Positions 16,211 through 26,083 of a stretch of DNA of 64,000 nucleotides are shown in pieces (the stretch's first letter is position 1; each line of letters opens with the position of its first letter). The translations under genes and the position numbers were made by a program. The stretch lies in sequence record OR413585.1; one strand, written 5' to 3'. The notes under the pieces are model-generated. The model did not search any database, was not told the DNA's origin, and saw nothing but the letters and a program-made list of their open reading frames with translations.

Positions 16211-17724
16211 TGAAAGACGTCGACGTAGCGGTTATTTATACCGATGGTAGTCATACTGAGTCCCCGAAAGGTTCGGGGGCTGGTATTCATGGTTATTTAT
16301 TCAACAACGGAGATTTGGAAGACAGTCAGGCTTATAGCCATCCGGGTGTTTCAGAACGGATTACCACTGTTGGATACAAAAAAGTGCCGCAGGATGTGAA
16401 GTGTCCGGAGTTGCCGGACACCGTTCAATTTGTCGACGCCGTTATTCCCGTTCCGAAAGAGTTCTACTCAGATGTGGGCGAGTTAATCGCCTTCATCACG
16501 TTGTTTGAGAACGCGCCCTTCCGCGCGAAGAACTATATCATCTACGTGGATGCCAGTTACGTTGTAAACACTTTTAACGAGTGGATAGACGGCTGGCATA
16601 AACGTGGTTGGGTTCGTGCTGACGGTACTCCGCTGGCGAACAAAGAACTTATTGTTCGTATCTGGGAAATCAAACAGCAGATGAAAAAAGAAGGACGGGG
16701 TGTTAAGGTTATCAAAATCAAAGGACACTCCGGCCACTACGGTAACGACCGGGCGGACGAATTGGCTAGAAAAGGTTCAGCCATCACAGCGACCAACGAC
16801 GGCGTTCCATATCAGCCGTACTGGTCGAAGGATGAGTTGCCTGCATCCGCGGAACCCGAGCCCATCGCCGCTGGGATGAACCTTGCGGCATATCCGCCGA
16901 TTTGTACGGTTAAATATTGCTATCCGTTGGTGAACGAGGACCATCCTACTGTAAAAGTGAAAGATGAAACTTTCTATTACATGTTTGGTGGCAACCATGC
17001 AAAGAACAAGGACGACTTGGTGTTTATTGGGAAAATGATTCCTGATGCACACTTTTCCGTAATGTTCACTAAACAACCGTGGGATAACATCTACACGATT
17101 GTAAACAACCACGCCGCCCTGGCATGGAAAGATACACCGAAGATGCGGCAGTATGATCCAATCGGTGTTGTTAACAATGAGTTCGTTAAACGTAAGAAGT
17201 TCGTTGACGTGGCAGGTGATGGATTACCGGCAGACAAGATGCATTTCAGTGGAGAAGATTCCAATGTCTGGTTCTTTGAAGACCTGGCCATCTCCAGAAT
17301 GCTTCGCCCGCCCTTATTGTCGTACCGTGCGCTGGATATTCGTGACGAACTCGCTACAACGTTGAGAGATGTTCTGCATCAGGAAAAGGGTTATGTCTTA
17401 AATGATATTACTGACTTGTTGTTCGATGACAAAGGTAAGCCTGTTAAGGAATACTACCGTAGCGTCGATAAGTCAATAACGTTAAAGATTGACTTTCCGA
17501 TGGGTAAACGACCTGTCTCGGTTATTTTGACGCGTGGTATCGATATTCCATCGCGTACGGAAATCAACCGTATTAAAGAACCCGAAGGCCGTTATTACAT
17601 CGCGGTGTGTCGTCCTGAAAAATACTACATCCGTTACTTCTTAATCTATATCGGTAAAGAGTATCATGGGCTGTGGTGTGCGTATTACGCAAACCGTCGC
17701 ATACTGCGAGAAGAAGAGGTGTAA
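16210..17724 (+). CDS. rnhA: RNase HI with long C-terminal extension
   Basis: IYTDGS, DVGEL, YVDASYV, WHKRGW..ADG.PLANKEL, KGHSGHYGNDRADELA. Confidence 0.9.
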   Translation: MKDVDVAVIYTDGSHTESPKGSGAGIHGYLFNNGDLEDSQAYSHPGVSERITTVGYKKVPQDVKCPELPDTVQFVDAVIPVPKEFYSDVGELIAFITLFENAPFRAKNYIIYVDASYVVNTFNEWIDGWHKRGWVRADGTPLANKELIVRIWEIKQQMKKEGRGVKVIKIKGHSGHYGNDRADELARKGSAITATNDGVPYQPYWSKDELPASAEPEPIAAGMNLAAYPPICTVKYCYPLVNEDHPTVKVKDETFYYMFGGNHAKNKDDLVFIGKMIPDAHFSVMFTKQPWDNIYTIVNNHAALAWKDTPKMRQYDPIGVVNNEFVKRKKFVDVAGDGLPADKMHFSGEDSNVWFFEDLAISRMLRPPLLSYRALDIRDELATTLRDVLHQEKGYVLNDITDLLFDDKGKPVKEYYRSVDKSITLKIDFPMGKRPVSVILTRGIDIPSRTEINRIKEPEGRYYIAVCRPEKYYIRYFLIYIGKEYHGLWCAYYANRRILREEEV

Positions 17725-17725
17725 C

Positions 17726-18466
17726 ATGTTGCGAGTCGTGAGTGAATCGCTCACGCTCCACACACAAAGTCTGATTAACTGTGTGGAGCAATACGGATGG
17801 ATGTCGTGGATGGCAACGAACCGTGAGTTTGGTGCTGCGCCCATGGAAGATTACGACGTGTTGTACAAGTGGGGATTTGAAGCGGCTTGTGATGTTGTGG
17901 CAGAGCTGGTTACCGAAACAATTGCGCGTTACAACGCAAGATGTGATGAACCGATGCCTAAACAAGTCCCGCCGCAAATACCTCCGCTACCGACAATCGA
18001 TCGTGAGCATTGTCGAATCTGGACAATGGAAGAGTTGTACGACGAACACGTTAGAATGCTGAAACCGAACGAGCTAATAACCGGTGCGTTGAACTGGTTC
18101 TTACATCGTTTCTGGACAGAGTTGGTCGATGTGGCGGGTGACGAAGATAATTGTTCTCAGGTTATTTGGTACGATCGAGCGATGTTTCATCGCAGTCTTA
18201 AAGATCGTAGTCTCTGCAACCTGTATATTGTTGACCCGTGTGAAGACATTGTAAAGGTTGCAGAAGGTAACTCTTATTCCGACTTGGTGATGCCCGTGGT
18301 AGAAAAACCGATGGGTATTTTCCTGCAGGGAGACGCTTGGGTTTTAACGGATGATATCTCGGGCTACCTGCTGGACCCGGATGACATTCACTCGGACGAA
18401 CCTGATACCATCGAGTATTTTCACTTTACAGAACAGGCAGCACGCTTCTTGCATCTCTTAAAGTAA
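17726..18466 (+). CDS. acidic hypothetical protein
   Basis: ATG 17726 one nt after the rnhA stop, SD GAGG. Confidence 0.7.
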   Translation: MLRVVSESLTLHTQSLINCVEQYGWMSWMATNREFGAAPMEDYDVLYKWGFEAACDVVAELVTETIARYNARCDEPMPKQVPPQIPPLPTIDREHCRIWTMEELYDEHVRMLKPNELITGALNWFLHRFWTELVDVAGDEDNCSQVIWYDRAMFHRSLKDRSLCNLYIVDPCEDIVKVAEGNSYSDLVMPVVEKPMGIFLQGDAWVLTDDISGYLLDPDDIHSDEPDTIEYFHFTEQAARFLHLLK

Positions 18467-18467
18467 T

Positions 18468-18491
18468 CTGAGATAGATATTATCTACAGGG
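18468..18491 (+). promoter_or_regulatory. phage promoter motif
   Basis: CTGAGATAGATATTATCTACAGGG; intergenic. Confidence 0.6.
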
Positions 18492-18519
18492 ACGTAACCT
18501 TAAGGAGAATTTATTCACG

Positions 18520-19254
18520 ATGCTTAAAGTCGAAGTGCCAGTGCTTTTAAACCTCACGCCCCAGTTCTTTGAAGCGTTGTTCGAAAAGCATTGGCCCGCG
18601 TTCGCGAAGAACGAACTAAAGGATAACCCACAGTGGTATCCACTGCGCGATGAATTCAAGTACACAGCCATCAACGTCTGTATAGAAGTCTTCACTGCGT
18701 GGTTACAAGAGATGTACGACTGCATCAACACCGAACGGTTGTTCACGCTAGAACATGTAGAGATTAATGTTGTTGACGTCTACGAAGGTTACACCTACGA
18801 AGAAGGCATTACTGCCACGGGGTTAAGCCAACAAGACGTTGAAGAACAAATCTTTGCGTGGATCGAGTGGTTCACGGAAAAGTTGATGCTGGCTGATTTT
18901 GTCACGCAGGTGGAAGATGTATTCATCCCAATGTACGAGCGGTTAGCTGAGATACGTCGTAACCATCGTCTGCTCGGTTACTGGTATGACACTTATACCA
19001 CCTCCTCAACACTGTGGTCTTCCGCTACTGCCGCATTTGGCATAACTGATGGCGATTACGATGTCGTTCATTCCGGCCCTTGGCAGTATGGTTTCGGCAC
19101 CCTGTGGCACGAGCTGACCGATGCCATGTGTCTGGACTTTTATCTGTGTGGAGGTAAGTTTTACACGGATAACTGCGTGAGCCAAATTCCGAATGGTGCG
19201 ATGGTGGTGATGTGTCGCATCCGTAAAGAAGTCGCTGAGAAACTAAACTACTGA
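18520..19254 (+). CDS. acidic hypothetical protein
   Basis: SD AAGGAG; 244 aa. Confidence 0.8.
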   Translation: MLKVEVPVLLNLTPQFFEALFEKHWPAFAKNELKDNPQWYPLRDEFKYTAINVCIEVFTAWLQEMYDCINTERLFTLEHVEINVVDVYEGYTYEEGITATGLSQQDVEEQIFAWIEWFTEKLMLADFVTQVEDVFIPMYERLAEIRRNHRLLGYWYDTYTTSSTLWSSATAAFGITDGDYDVVHSGPWQYGFGTLWHELTDAMCLDFYLCGGKFYTDNCVSQIPNGAMVVMCRIRKEVAEKLNY

Positions 19255-19267
19255 AGGAGTATTTAAA

Positions 19268-19645
19268 ATGACGCAAGACGAATTTGAAACGATGGTAAAA
19301 CAGTATTACAAAGAAGGTGTGATTCTCTATATTGTCGAACCGGGACAAGAAGCCTGGTTAAATAAAGCAACGCTGAGTGTCGCTATTCGTGGAGAAGTGA
19401 CAGTAGAGATGCGCAATATGGCACGTCTTATTCGCGATACTGCGATTACTGGCGGTAAACTGGTGTCTCTTGCGCATTTCAGAACACAGGGTCGCGATCA
19501 GGTATCGCTGGATGCCGAAGTTGATGTCGTTGCTACTGTCGGTTTTGATTTAGATGGTCTTCCAGGCTCGAACCTTGTCGTGATTAAGAAATGGCGTGGA
19601 TACGATGCAATCCCATCGCCAGGGGTGTGGCCGGCAACCAACTAG
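19268..19645 (+). CDS. hypothetical protein
   Basis: SD AAGGAG; 125 aa. Confidence 0.75.
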   Translation: MTQDEFETMVKQYYKEGVILYIVEPGQEAWLNKATLSVAIRGEVTVEMRNMARLIRDTAITGGKLVSLAHFRTQGRDQVSLDAEVDVVATVGFDLDGLPGSNLVVIKKWRGYDAIPSPGVWPATN

Positions 19646-19656
19646 AGGTGGTCGCT

Positions 19657-20064
19657 ATGTTAAAGGTGTATAGCGAGTCATTGATGGACTTGCAAGAGTA
19701 TCTAAAGCATGTGGAAATTAACGGCAACCGTGGAATGATATACTCCATGGTTGTCGAGATTTTAATTAAAATCGTGCTTGTTTCATTCCACGTAGCAGAA
19801 AACGGCACTGCTGTACCAGGAGATGTTTATAAAGGCGTTATTAAGCATCTTAGCGAGCGCTACAGTTGTTTACGTGAACCGGATATCTTTAATGAGGTGC
19901 AGCGTGTTGTGTTGCTTATCCTCGACAACCGTGAAGACCTGGCGTACAAGCTTGCGCATGAGCTGGCAGACACGTCACAGCACGGTGGACAACTGAAATA
20001 TAACGTTGTGGATCTCGTAGCGTGCAGATACTGGTATACGCAGCCCGAGGTAAGTAACTTTTAA
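19657..20064 (+). CDS. hypothetical protein
   Basis: ATG 19657 with SD GAGGT preferred over track start 19591. Confidence 0.65.
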   Translation: MLKVYSESLMDLQEYLKHVEINGNRGMIYSMVVEILIKIVLVSFHVAENGTAVPGDVYKGVIKHLSERYSCLREPDIFNEVQRVVLLILDNREDLAYKLAHELADTSQHGGQLKYNVVDLVACRYWYTQPEVSNF

Positions 20065-20074
20065 GGAGCATTAG

Positions 20075-20614
20075 ATGCAAATCGTAATTGACTTCGCTCT
20101 GTCGGAGTCGAGACGTCAGCTAGATGAAATTCTGTTAGGATTAAAACGAGACGTGGAATTTGAACTTCACGATGCGTTGGCCGTCCATGAAAATCGTTTG
20201 TCTGACGAAATGGGTTCAGGCGTAGATGTGGCTATCTGTGACACTGGGGATATGGTAAATCAGCTTATTGAACGTATGTTCACGCGGCTGCGTAACATTC
20301 TGAACTATCCCCATCGTTTTGAACTGGTAGAAGGGACGGACCAAATCACCGACTTATTGAGTGAAGCCTTTGATAAGGTTGGTGAATCTCTGGCGGGGTT
20401 ACATCAAGAGAACCTGGGCGAGACATATGTTGCTGTGGTCATTAACGGGCAAACGTCGAACGTTACGGACACGGTAACATGGTCCGATATCGTTGACCAG
20501 CCAATCATTGACAAAATCACCAAATTGTATCGTGAAGCAGAAATGAAAGTGCTGGCTATCTGTCGCCGTGAGTTGTTATACCTCGGTGAGAAATACGGGA
20601 AACCTATTGAATGA
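20075..20614 (+). CDS. acidic hypothetical protein
   Basis: SD AAGGAG; 179 aa. Confidence 0.75.
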   Translation: MQIVIDFALSESRRQLDEILLGLKRDVEFELHDALAVHENRLSDEMGSGVDVAICDTGDMVNQLIERMFTRLRNILNYPHRFELVEGTDQITDLLSEAFDKVGESLAGLHQENLGETYVAVVINGQTSNVTDTVTWSDIVDQPIIDKITKLYREAEMKVLAICRRELLYLGEKYGKPIE

Positions 20615-21153
20615 AAATATTCATTGATTTACTCGATGACGAATTTCGTGAAATATTTCCAGCGGCGTTGTTCGAGTTTAAGCGTAAGTGTGAAGACTAT
20701 CTGATACCGAAGAATATCGATCGTCAACACCTCGCTGGGCTTATCTCTGCAGCGTATGTCAATATCGCGGTAAATGAAGTTCATCAACTCGCGCAACGTA
20801 TTGCGTGTTTCGAATACAACGACGAAGACATTGAAGACGGCTTCCTGCAGTCTAAGATGGGTCGCTTCTCACTCGAACTCAAGACCGATGAGGTTATTGA
20901 TAAGGTCGGTAAAGCCTTTGATGAAATGAAGGACATCGAAATGATGATTAAGATGTCTGGACCGGAAGCAGGCCCATTGAAAGAAGCGTGGGAACATCTC
21001 AACCGCGACGAGTATAAAGAGATGTACATGGGTGAGTTCACCACCATGCTACGTCACCTCGAAGCACAGGTCTGGGAGCATATCGTTTCACGTCTGAAAG
21101 AAATACTGATTGTGATTGAGCCAATGCAGCCACTCGCTATTAGTAAATTCTAA
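20611..21153 (+). CDS. acidic hypothetical protein
   Basis: ATGA overlap with upstream gene; 180 aa. Confidence 0.75.
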   Translation: MKIFIDLLDDEFREIFPAALFEFKRKCEDYLIPKNIDRQHLAGLISAAYVNIAVNEVHQLAQRIACFEYNDEDIEDGFLQSKMGRFSLELKTDEVIDKVGKAFDEMKDIEMMIKMSGPEAGPLKEAWEHLNRDEYKEMYMGEFTTMLRHLEAQVWEHIVSRLKEILIVIEPMQPLAISKF

Positions 21154-21162
21154 ATCGGTCCG

Positions 21163-21217
21163 AAATAAAATAAAGCCTACCCACTCCCGTAGGGGGAGTG
21201 GGTACTGCTTACTTTTT
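21163..21217. terminator. bidirectional terminator
   Basis: TACCCACTCCC-GTAGG-GGGAGTGGGTA with A-rich 5' and T-rich 3' flanks between convergent genes. Confidence 0.8.
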
Positions 21218-21971
21218 ATTTTTTGTTTGCTTTCAGGGTCTTGAGGCGATCACCGGTTACGTTCAAGCATTCTGTCAGTTCATTAATCTGTTTCATAAAC
21301 AGTCCGAACAGCTCAACCCAGTCAGCACCCATGTCAGCCATTTTCACTAACTCTGCCGCCACGTTAGGATGGACTTGTGAATTAGAGATAATGTCTACAG
21401 AGACGTTGATGCTTTCAACTGTACGGTCAATACCTTTCTGGAGTTTCTTAGTCACTTCCAGGTTCAGCGCTTTGGCACGATTAAACGCAACGTCAATCTC
21501 ACCTGCACTGTGGTAGGTCTTTTCAATCGCACGCTGGTCGATCACATTGTTGGTGTACGACTTCGCCAGTTTTTCAACCAGGTCTTTCGGATTGATGTTT
21601 TTCAGTGGATAGTTCAGGTCTTTGAACTTAAATCCGATAGGCAGTGTCAGCATACCCAGGTCGTGTGTCATCGCGCCGAAACGTTTGTCGATGGGACTTA
21701 AAACCCCTTCCTGAATCTTCTGGAGCACAGCCCATACAGATTCCAACCGTTCTATGTGGTCCATCACATACGTGTTGAAGCCCGGAGGTACGGGTACAAG
21801 CATTCCGGTAAAGTTTAAAAACTTCTCTTGCTGCATCCACTTGGACACATCAGACATGTCGTCATAGGTGGTCAGCGCGAGTTCCTGTTGAGAGCCGCTA
21901 AAGGCTTTAGGCAGAATCGTGGATGCTTTGGCAACAAAGCCCGACAACGCTGCAAGTGGATTAACATTCAT
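21216..21971 (-). CDS. putative virion (head) protein
   Basis: 251 aa, helical; assignment from recalled SPN3US-like synteny only. Confidence 0.5.
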   Translation of the reverse strand: MNVNPLAALSGFVAKASTILPKAFSGSQQELALTTYDDMSDVSKWMQQEKFLNFTGMLVPVPPGFNTYVMDHIERLESVWAVLQKIQEGVLSPIDKRFGAMTHDLGMLTLPIGFKFKDLNYPLKNINPKDLVEKLAKSYTNNVIDQRAIEKTYHSAGEIDVAFNRAKALNLEVTKKLQKGIDRTVESINVSVDIISNSQVHPNVAAELVKMADMGADWVELFGLFMKQINELTECLNVTGDRLKTLKANKK

Positions 21972-22069
21972 TCTATCAACCTCGAATATATAAGGGATTG
22001 GGCTACATAGTAAGTCTTTTACGTATCACCCAAACCTTATGTACGAGAACTGCATAAAGGTAACATCTG

Positions 22070-22369
22070 ATGAGAATCAAATTACTGACTCGCGCTTTAA
22101 CCTCTCGTATCGAACCTGAGATTTACACCACCCCGACGAAGAAGAATACCGATGGTAGTCCGATCGTGGTTGGTAAAATCCTGAACGTGACCACTCGTGC
22201 TGATGGTCAGCGCGTTCTGGAAATCGAAATCGACGAACGTAACCGTAACCGCTTCAAGGGCATTTCTAATATCAACCCTAAAGATGACAGTCAAGTCACC
22301 GAGTGGGCAGAAATGCATTTCGAAGTTTGGCATAAACGTCGTCTGTTACTCCCACTGAAAAAACGCTAA
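22070..22369 (+). CDS. hypothetical protein
   Basis: 99 aa, SD AAGG, upstream of the recombinase. Confidence 0.7.
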   Translation: MRIKLLTRALTSRIEPEIYTTPTKKNTDGSPIVVGKILNVTTRADGQRVLEIEIDERNRNRFKGISNINPKDDSQVTEWAEMHFEVWHKRRLLLPLKKR

Positions 22370-22384
22370 TTGACGGAGCGCTAA

Positions 22385-23878
22385 ATGGCAGGTCCAGCTA
22401 AACAAGTCATGGGTGAAGTGATTCGCCCTCGTTTTAACGTATATACCATCATGGACCACGCTCTCGGTAACTACGAGCGCGGGGAAGATGGCTTGTACTA
22501 CCTCAACGGTGGTTTTGCCCACATCATGGGCTTCGCAGGTCGTGGGAACACTTTTAAGTCTACCTTATTAGACTTCTGCATTTTCATGATTCTGCAACGT
22601 TATAATGCAGCCTGGGGATCGAAATACGATACCGAAGTTACGGCAGCATTAAGTCGTCTGGAAACAGGGTACATTTCCGCAGCGAAAGCAAACGGATTAG
22701 AAGTATCACCAACGGGCGGCGTGCTGGACCTGATCCACGAAGGTCGTTACAACATGGTTGGCTCGGATATCATGGCAGGTGAAGAATATTACTCTGCCTA
22801 TATCCGTGACGAAGTCGAAAAACGTTTCAAAGAGTATATGGCTGGTAAGGCACGCGAAACACCATTCCCTGACCCAATCCGTCGCTCTGCGAAAAAGATT
22901 CTCGACCCGTGGTTGTACTCGATTGACTCCCTGTCCGAATGGCACACTTCTTCCCTGGAAGAGAAACATGCCAAATCAGAAGTCGGTGATTCTGAACAGA
23001 ACATCCTGAACGCCCACGATGCCCTGCAGAAATCGAATATGATGAGCCGTTGGCCGTCTGCGTTTGCGCGTGGTGGTTTCTATATGGGCTTCGTTGCTCA
23101 GTTGGCCGACGATGCGGGTAAAGCAATGGCGGCAGGTGGCCGTGGTGGACCGAAGGCGAACGGTAAACTGTTGGACGATGCAGGCGATGATCTGAAGTTT
23201 GCGGGTATCCCGCGCCGTCAGTTGTCGTTCTTAACTAACTCCCTGCTGGTTGCAACCAAGTCTGGTGAGTTGAAGCAGGATCAGACTTACAACGCGAAGA
23301 CCGGTGTAAACGAAGAGAAATACCCGACTGCGCGTTCGAAAGCAATGAATGCTTCGGTGAACGACCTGAAAGAAATTGTTTTCACGCAGTACCGTGCGAA
23401 GGGTGGTCACACAGGCGTTAAGTTCAAAATGGTCTTCTCGCAGGAGATGGGTCTGCTTTATCACCTCTCTCTGTGGCATTACCTGAGCGACACACTGAAA
23501 GATGAATGGGGCTACAAACGTAGTGGTGCTAACTATACCCTCGATTTGCTACCTGGTACATCTTTCATGCGTACCACGATTCGCGACATGTGTGACAGCA
23601 ACCCGCGTTTGCGCCGGGCGTTGGAAATCACCGCCGCACTAGCGTACATGCAGAATAACTACCACCGACTGGAAATGAAGTACCATCTCTCACCGGCGGA
23701 GCTTTATAAAGTTATCGACGAAAAGTGGGACTGGAATGAAATTCTGGACAATACAGTGGAATACTGGATGTTCAAGGATCAGGAAGTCAAAGGTGGTAAG
23801 CGTTGCTTAACAGCAATGTCATTACTGGCGATGGCCGTGGATGGTCTGGAACCTAAGTTCTTGACTAAGAAGAAATAA
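22385..23878 (+). CDS. uvsX: UvsX/RecA-like recombinase
   Basis: Walker A GRGNTFKST, YDTE, Walker B YSIDSL, FVAQL; size typical of the phiKZ-like RecA homologue. Confidence 0.8.
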   Translation: MAGPAKQVMGEVIRPRFNVYTIMDHALGNYERGEDGLYYLNGGFAHIMGFAGRGNTFKSTLLDFCIFMILQRYNAAWGSKYDTEVTAALSRLETGYISAAKANGLEVSPTGGVLDLIHEGRYNMVGSDIMAGEEYYSAYIRDEVEKRFKEYMAGKARETPFPDPIRRSAKKILDPWLYSIDSLSEWHTSSLEEKHAKSEVGDSEQNILNAHDALQKSNMMSRWPSAFARGGFYMGFVAQLADDAGKAMAAGGRGGPKANGKLLDDAGDDLKFAGIPRRQLSFLTNSLLVATKSGELKQDQTYNAKTGVNEEKYPTARSKAMNASVNDLKEIVFTQYRAKGGHTGVKFKMVFSQEMGLLYHLSLWHYLSDTLKDEWGYKRSGANYTLDLLPGTSFMRTTIRDMCDSNPRLRRALEITAALAYMQNNYHRLEMKYHLSPAELYKVIDEKWDWNEILDNTVEYWMFKDQEVKGGKRCLTAMSLLAMAVDGLEPKFLTKKK

Positions 23879-23882
23879 GCAT

Positions 23883-23907
23883 GGGCGGGGCAACCCGCCT
23901 GTTTTTT
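23883..23907 (+). terminator. intrinsic terminator
   Basis: GGCGGG-GCAA-CCCGCC plus TGTTTTTT. Confidence 0.75.
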
Positions 23908-23923
23908 CCCCTGAGGATTAGCG

Positions 23924-24199
23924 ATGCGTTATCAGAAAGATATTGTAGAGCGTCTGTGTCTGGGTCTCGCTGGTATTAGCCAGGAACTTAGCACCGCGTT
24001 CCATAACGAGTTCTCAGCACCGCGACATGCACTGTCTGAATTTAGTCATCAGGTAAATGCCCATTACGGCAACCTGATTAATGATAAACCGAAGGTTGAT
24101 GCGGTCGGTGTGCCTGAACACAATGAAGATATCCCGTACTGGATTGAAGACCTGGAACGTGTGGTTCTTCCAGTGCTCCGTGAGAGGATGAAAAAATGA
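23924..24199 (+). CDS. hypothetical protein
   Basis: SD GAGGA; coupled to the next gene. Confidence 0.7.
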   Translation: MRYQKDIVERLCLGLAGISQELSTAFHNEFSAPRHALSEFSHQVNAHYGNLINDKPKVDAVGVPEHNEDIPYWIEDLERVVLPVLRERMKK

Positions 24200-24864
24200 G
24201 ATTAGACCCGGCACGGCGAAAAAAAGCAGAAGCTTATGCTTTACAGTTACTGAACTTAGTTGACCCGACCGGGATTAACGCGGAAGCTGCCAAGCGCGCT
24301 TTCTCACGAATGTCTGACGAAGAGTTCAATCGTCTGCGCGAAGGGTTGCCTGTTTACAACCCAACTGGTGGCAAGGTCAAAATTGACCATATGCGCAATA
24401 TTAAAATTTGCGAAGCGATGGGACTGAACTTGTGTCAGCGCCTGTGGCTCACGGAACCGAAAACCGGTATCCTACAGCGTACCCGTTACCCCCATTTAGT
24501 CTTCCGGCTACCTGCACGTCGCCAGACGCAGATGCAAGAGAAGAAAATGGCGGTGGCGAAGAACGATAAAGTCCGCGATAAACTCTCGGGTCAGGTAGTA
24601 GGGCCTTCCAAAGCTTCGGGTGTTTCGTTTCCAGAAGCGTACATCATGTACTCGGATGGACACGACTCAACGCTCCAGGAGTTCCTGTGGGCGCGTGGTG
24701 GTAACGATACGTTACAACGTGCGTTCTATCAATCGCTACGGCAAACCGGTAAAGGTCGCATCAACCTGGAAGGGGCTGAGCGTACCAGTTCAAAAGCGCC
24801 GCGTACATGGTCTTCGTACTTTAAAGCAATGCACATCGGTAACAACTTAGGACGCCCGGAATGA
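24196..24864 (+). CDS. rpoB: virion RNA polymerase beta subunit, C-terminal part (phiKZ gp149-like)
   Basis: YPHLVFRLP..QEKKMA..DKLSGQVVGPSKASGVSFPEA..TLQEFLWARGG..FYQSL aligns with the beta C-terminus (QQP.GKA..GG.R.GEME..LQE.LT.KSDD). Confidence 0.75.
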   Translation: MRLDPARRKKAEAYALQLLNLVDPTGINAEAAKRAFSRMSDEEFNRLREGLPVYNPTGGKVKIDHMRNIKICEAMGLNLCQRLWLTEPKTGILQRTRYPHLVFRLPARRQTQMQEKKMAVAKNDKVRDKLSGQVVGPSKASGVSFPEAYIMYSDGHDSTLQEFLWARGGNDTLQRAFYQSLRQTGKGRINLEGAERTSSKAPRTWSSYFKAMHIGNNLGRPE

Positions 24865-25589
24865 GATTAGGACGCCGTTTCTTAGTCGATATCGACACAA
24901 TCTTCGATACACGAATTGGTTGGGCGAAAGTGCTGCAGCCTGATGTATTAGAGAAGCTTGATTTAGAAGTGTATCGGATGCGGTTCACGGATGCGTGGGC
25001 CGAAGTGGTAGGAATTCAGGACTGGAATAAAAAGTTCGCGGAGCGTGATAAACGCGCGTTGCAGAACGCGCAGCCAACAGAAATGTTGCTTACGCTAAAG
25101 AACGAAGTACAGGCAATGTTAATGACGATACAGATGCACGCTCCTATCGAGCGACCTGTCTTAACGTTTAACCTGTGGCCATACGCTGATCTCGATGATG
25201 AAGAACGTCATGCGTTTTTGGAAGAACTGCGTTACTACTATAACGAAGTGCAAGTAGACGTCGTTGTTATTCCTCACAGCGATCTTACACCAGGACGACT
25301 TGCTTCTGCATGGGATGGTTGGATAATGTACGATTGGTATCCGTGGATAGAACAACACGCGGGCCATTTCCAGAAACCGATTCCGGATTTTACGATCACC
25401 CGACCGAGTATGCTGACCAGCGAATTAACGGAAGAAGCCATCGCGCAAATAAAAAGAGATAAGGTGAACCCCTTTAAGGAGTCCACCCGTTTTCTTGCTC
25501 AATACGTCGGTACTGACGTAAAGGACACTGCGCTGTTTAGTCTTCGTCGTCATCAGCAGGACGACGACTCGCAAACGCAGACGCCATGA
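24861..25589 (+). CDS. conserved hypothetical protein, possible HAD-like fold
   Basis: N-terminal FLVDIDT (DxD) and later IMYDW; ATGA overlap. Confidence 0.6.
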   Translation: MRLGRRFLVDIDTIFDTRIGWAKVLQPDVLEKLDLEVYRMRFTDAWAEVVGIQDWNKKFAERDKRALQNAQPTEMLLTLKNEVQAMLMTIQMHAPIERPVLTFNLWPYADLDDEERHAFLEELRYYYNEVQVDVVVIPHSDLTPGRLASAWDGWIMYDWYPWIEQHAGHFQKPIPDFTITRPSMLTSELTEEAIAQIKRDKVNPFKESTRFLAQYVGTDVKDTALFSLRRHQQDDDSQTQTP

Positions 25590-26007
25590 TCTGGTCAACG
25601 TCAATCTTTTCGCCTACTGGTGCCAACTCACCTTCTTTCGGAGGCCGTACTGCGGCAATCTGTGGGACGGTGGGTTGGTATCCGTTATTTAAATCTTCTT
25701 CATCGTCGTGACGTTTGATACCAACGCCAGCACGGGTCATTAAGAAGCCGTTTAAACTGTTGGCCAAATCTTGAGTCGCCTCAGCGCCTTTCTCAGCAGC
25801 TTTAATTTTCCGCTTCGTCATGACCTGTTTGTCGATGCCGTTGATTAGGCGTTCGATTCGGTCGACGGCTTTTAAGTCTTTGTGTACTTCACCGTCGTTC
25901 ACCATATCCGTGACGAGCTTAACGCGTAGCTGTTGTGTTTGGCGGAGAAGCGAATCTTCGTTGTCCACATCTCCGTCGAACGCTTGGTATTTCACTTCTT
26001 CGCTCAT
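25537..26007 (-). CDS. hypothetical protein
   Basis: SD GAGGT; coiled coil; its 3' end overlaps the convergent gene by 53 nt. Confidence 0.7.
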   Translation of the reverse strand: MSEEVKYQAFDGDVDNEDSLLRQTQQLRVKLVTDMVNDGEVHKDLKAVDRIERLINGIDKQVMTKRKIKAAEKGAEATQDLANSLNGFLMTRAGVGIKRHDDEEDLNNGYQPTVPQIAAVRPPKEGELAPVGEKIDVDQIMASAFASRRPADDDED

Positions 26008-26022
26008 GGGATAACCTCATCT

Positions 26023-26056
26023 CAAAAAGAACTCAGACAGATATTATCTATCCGAG
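26023..26056 (+). promoter_or_regulatory. phage promoter motif
   Basis: CAAAAAGAACTCAGACAGATATTA is 21/24 identical to 58021-58044. Confidence 0.65.
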
Positions 26057-26083
26057 ACAACATCTCATAATAGGATAACACCT

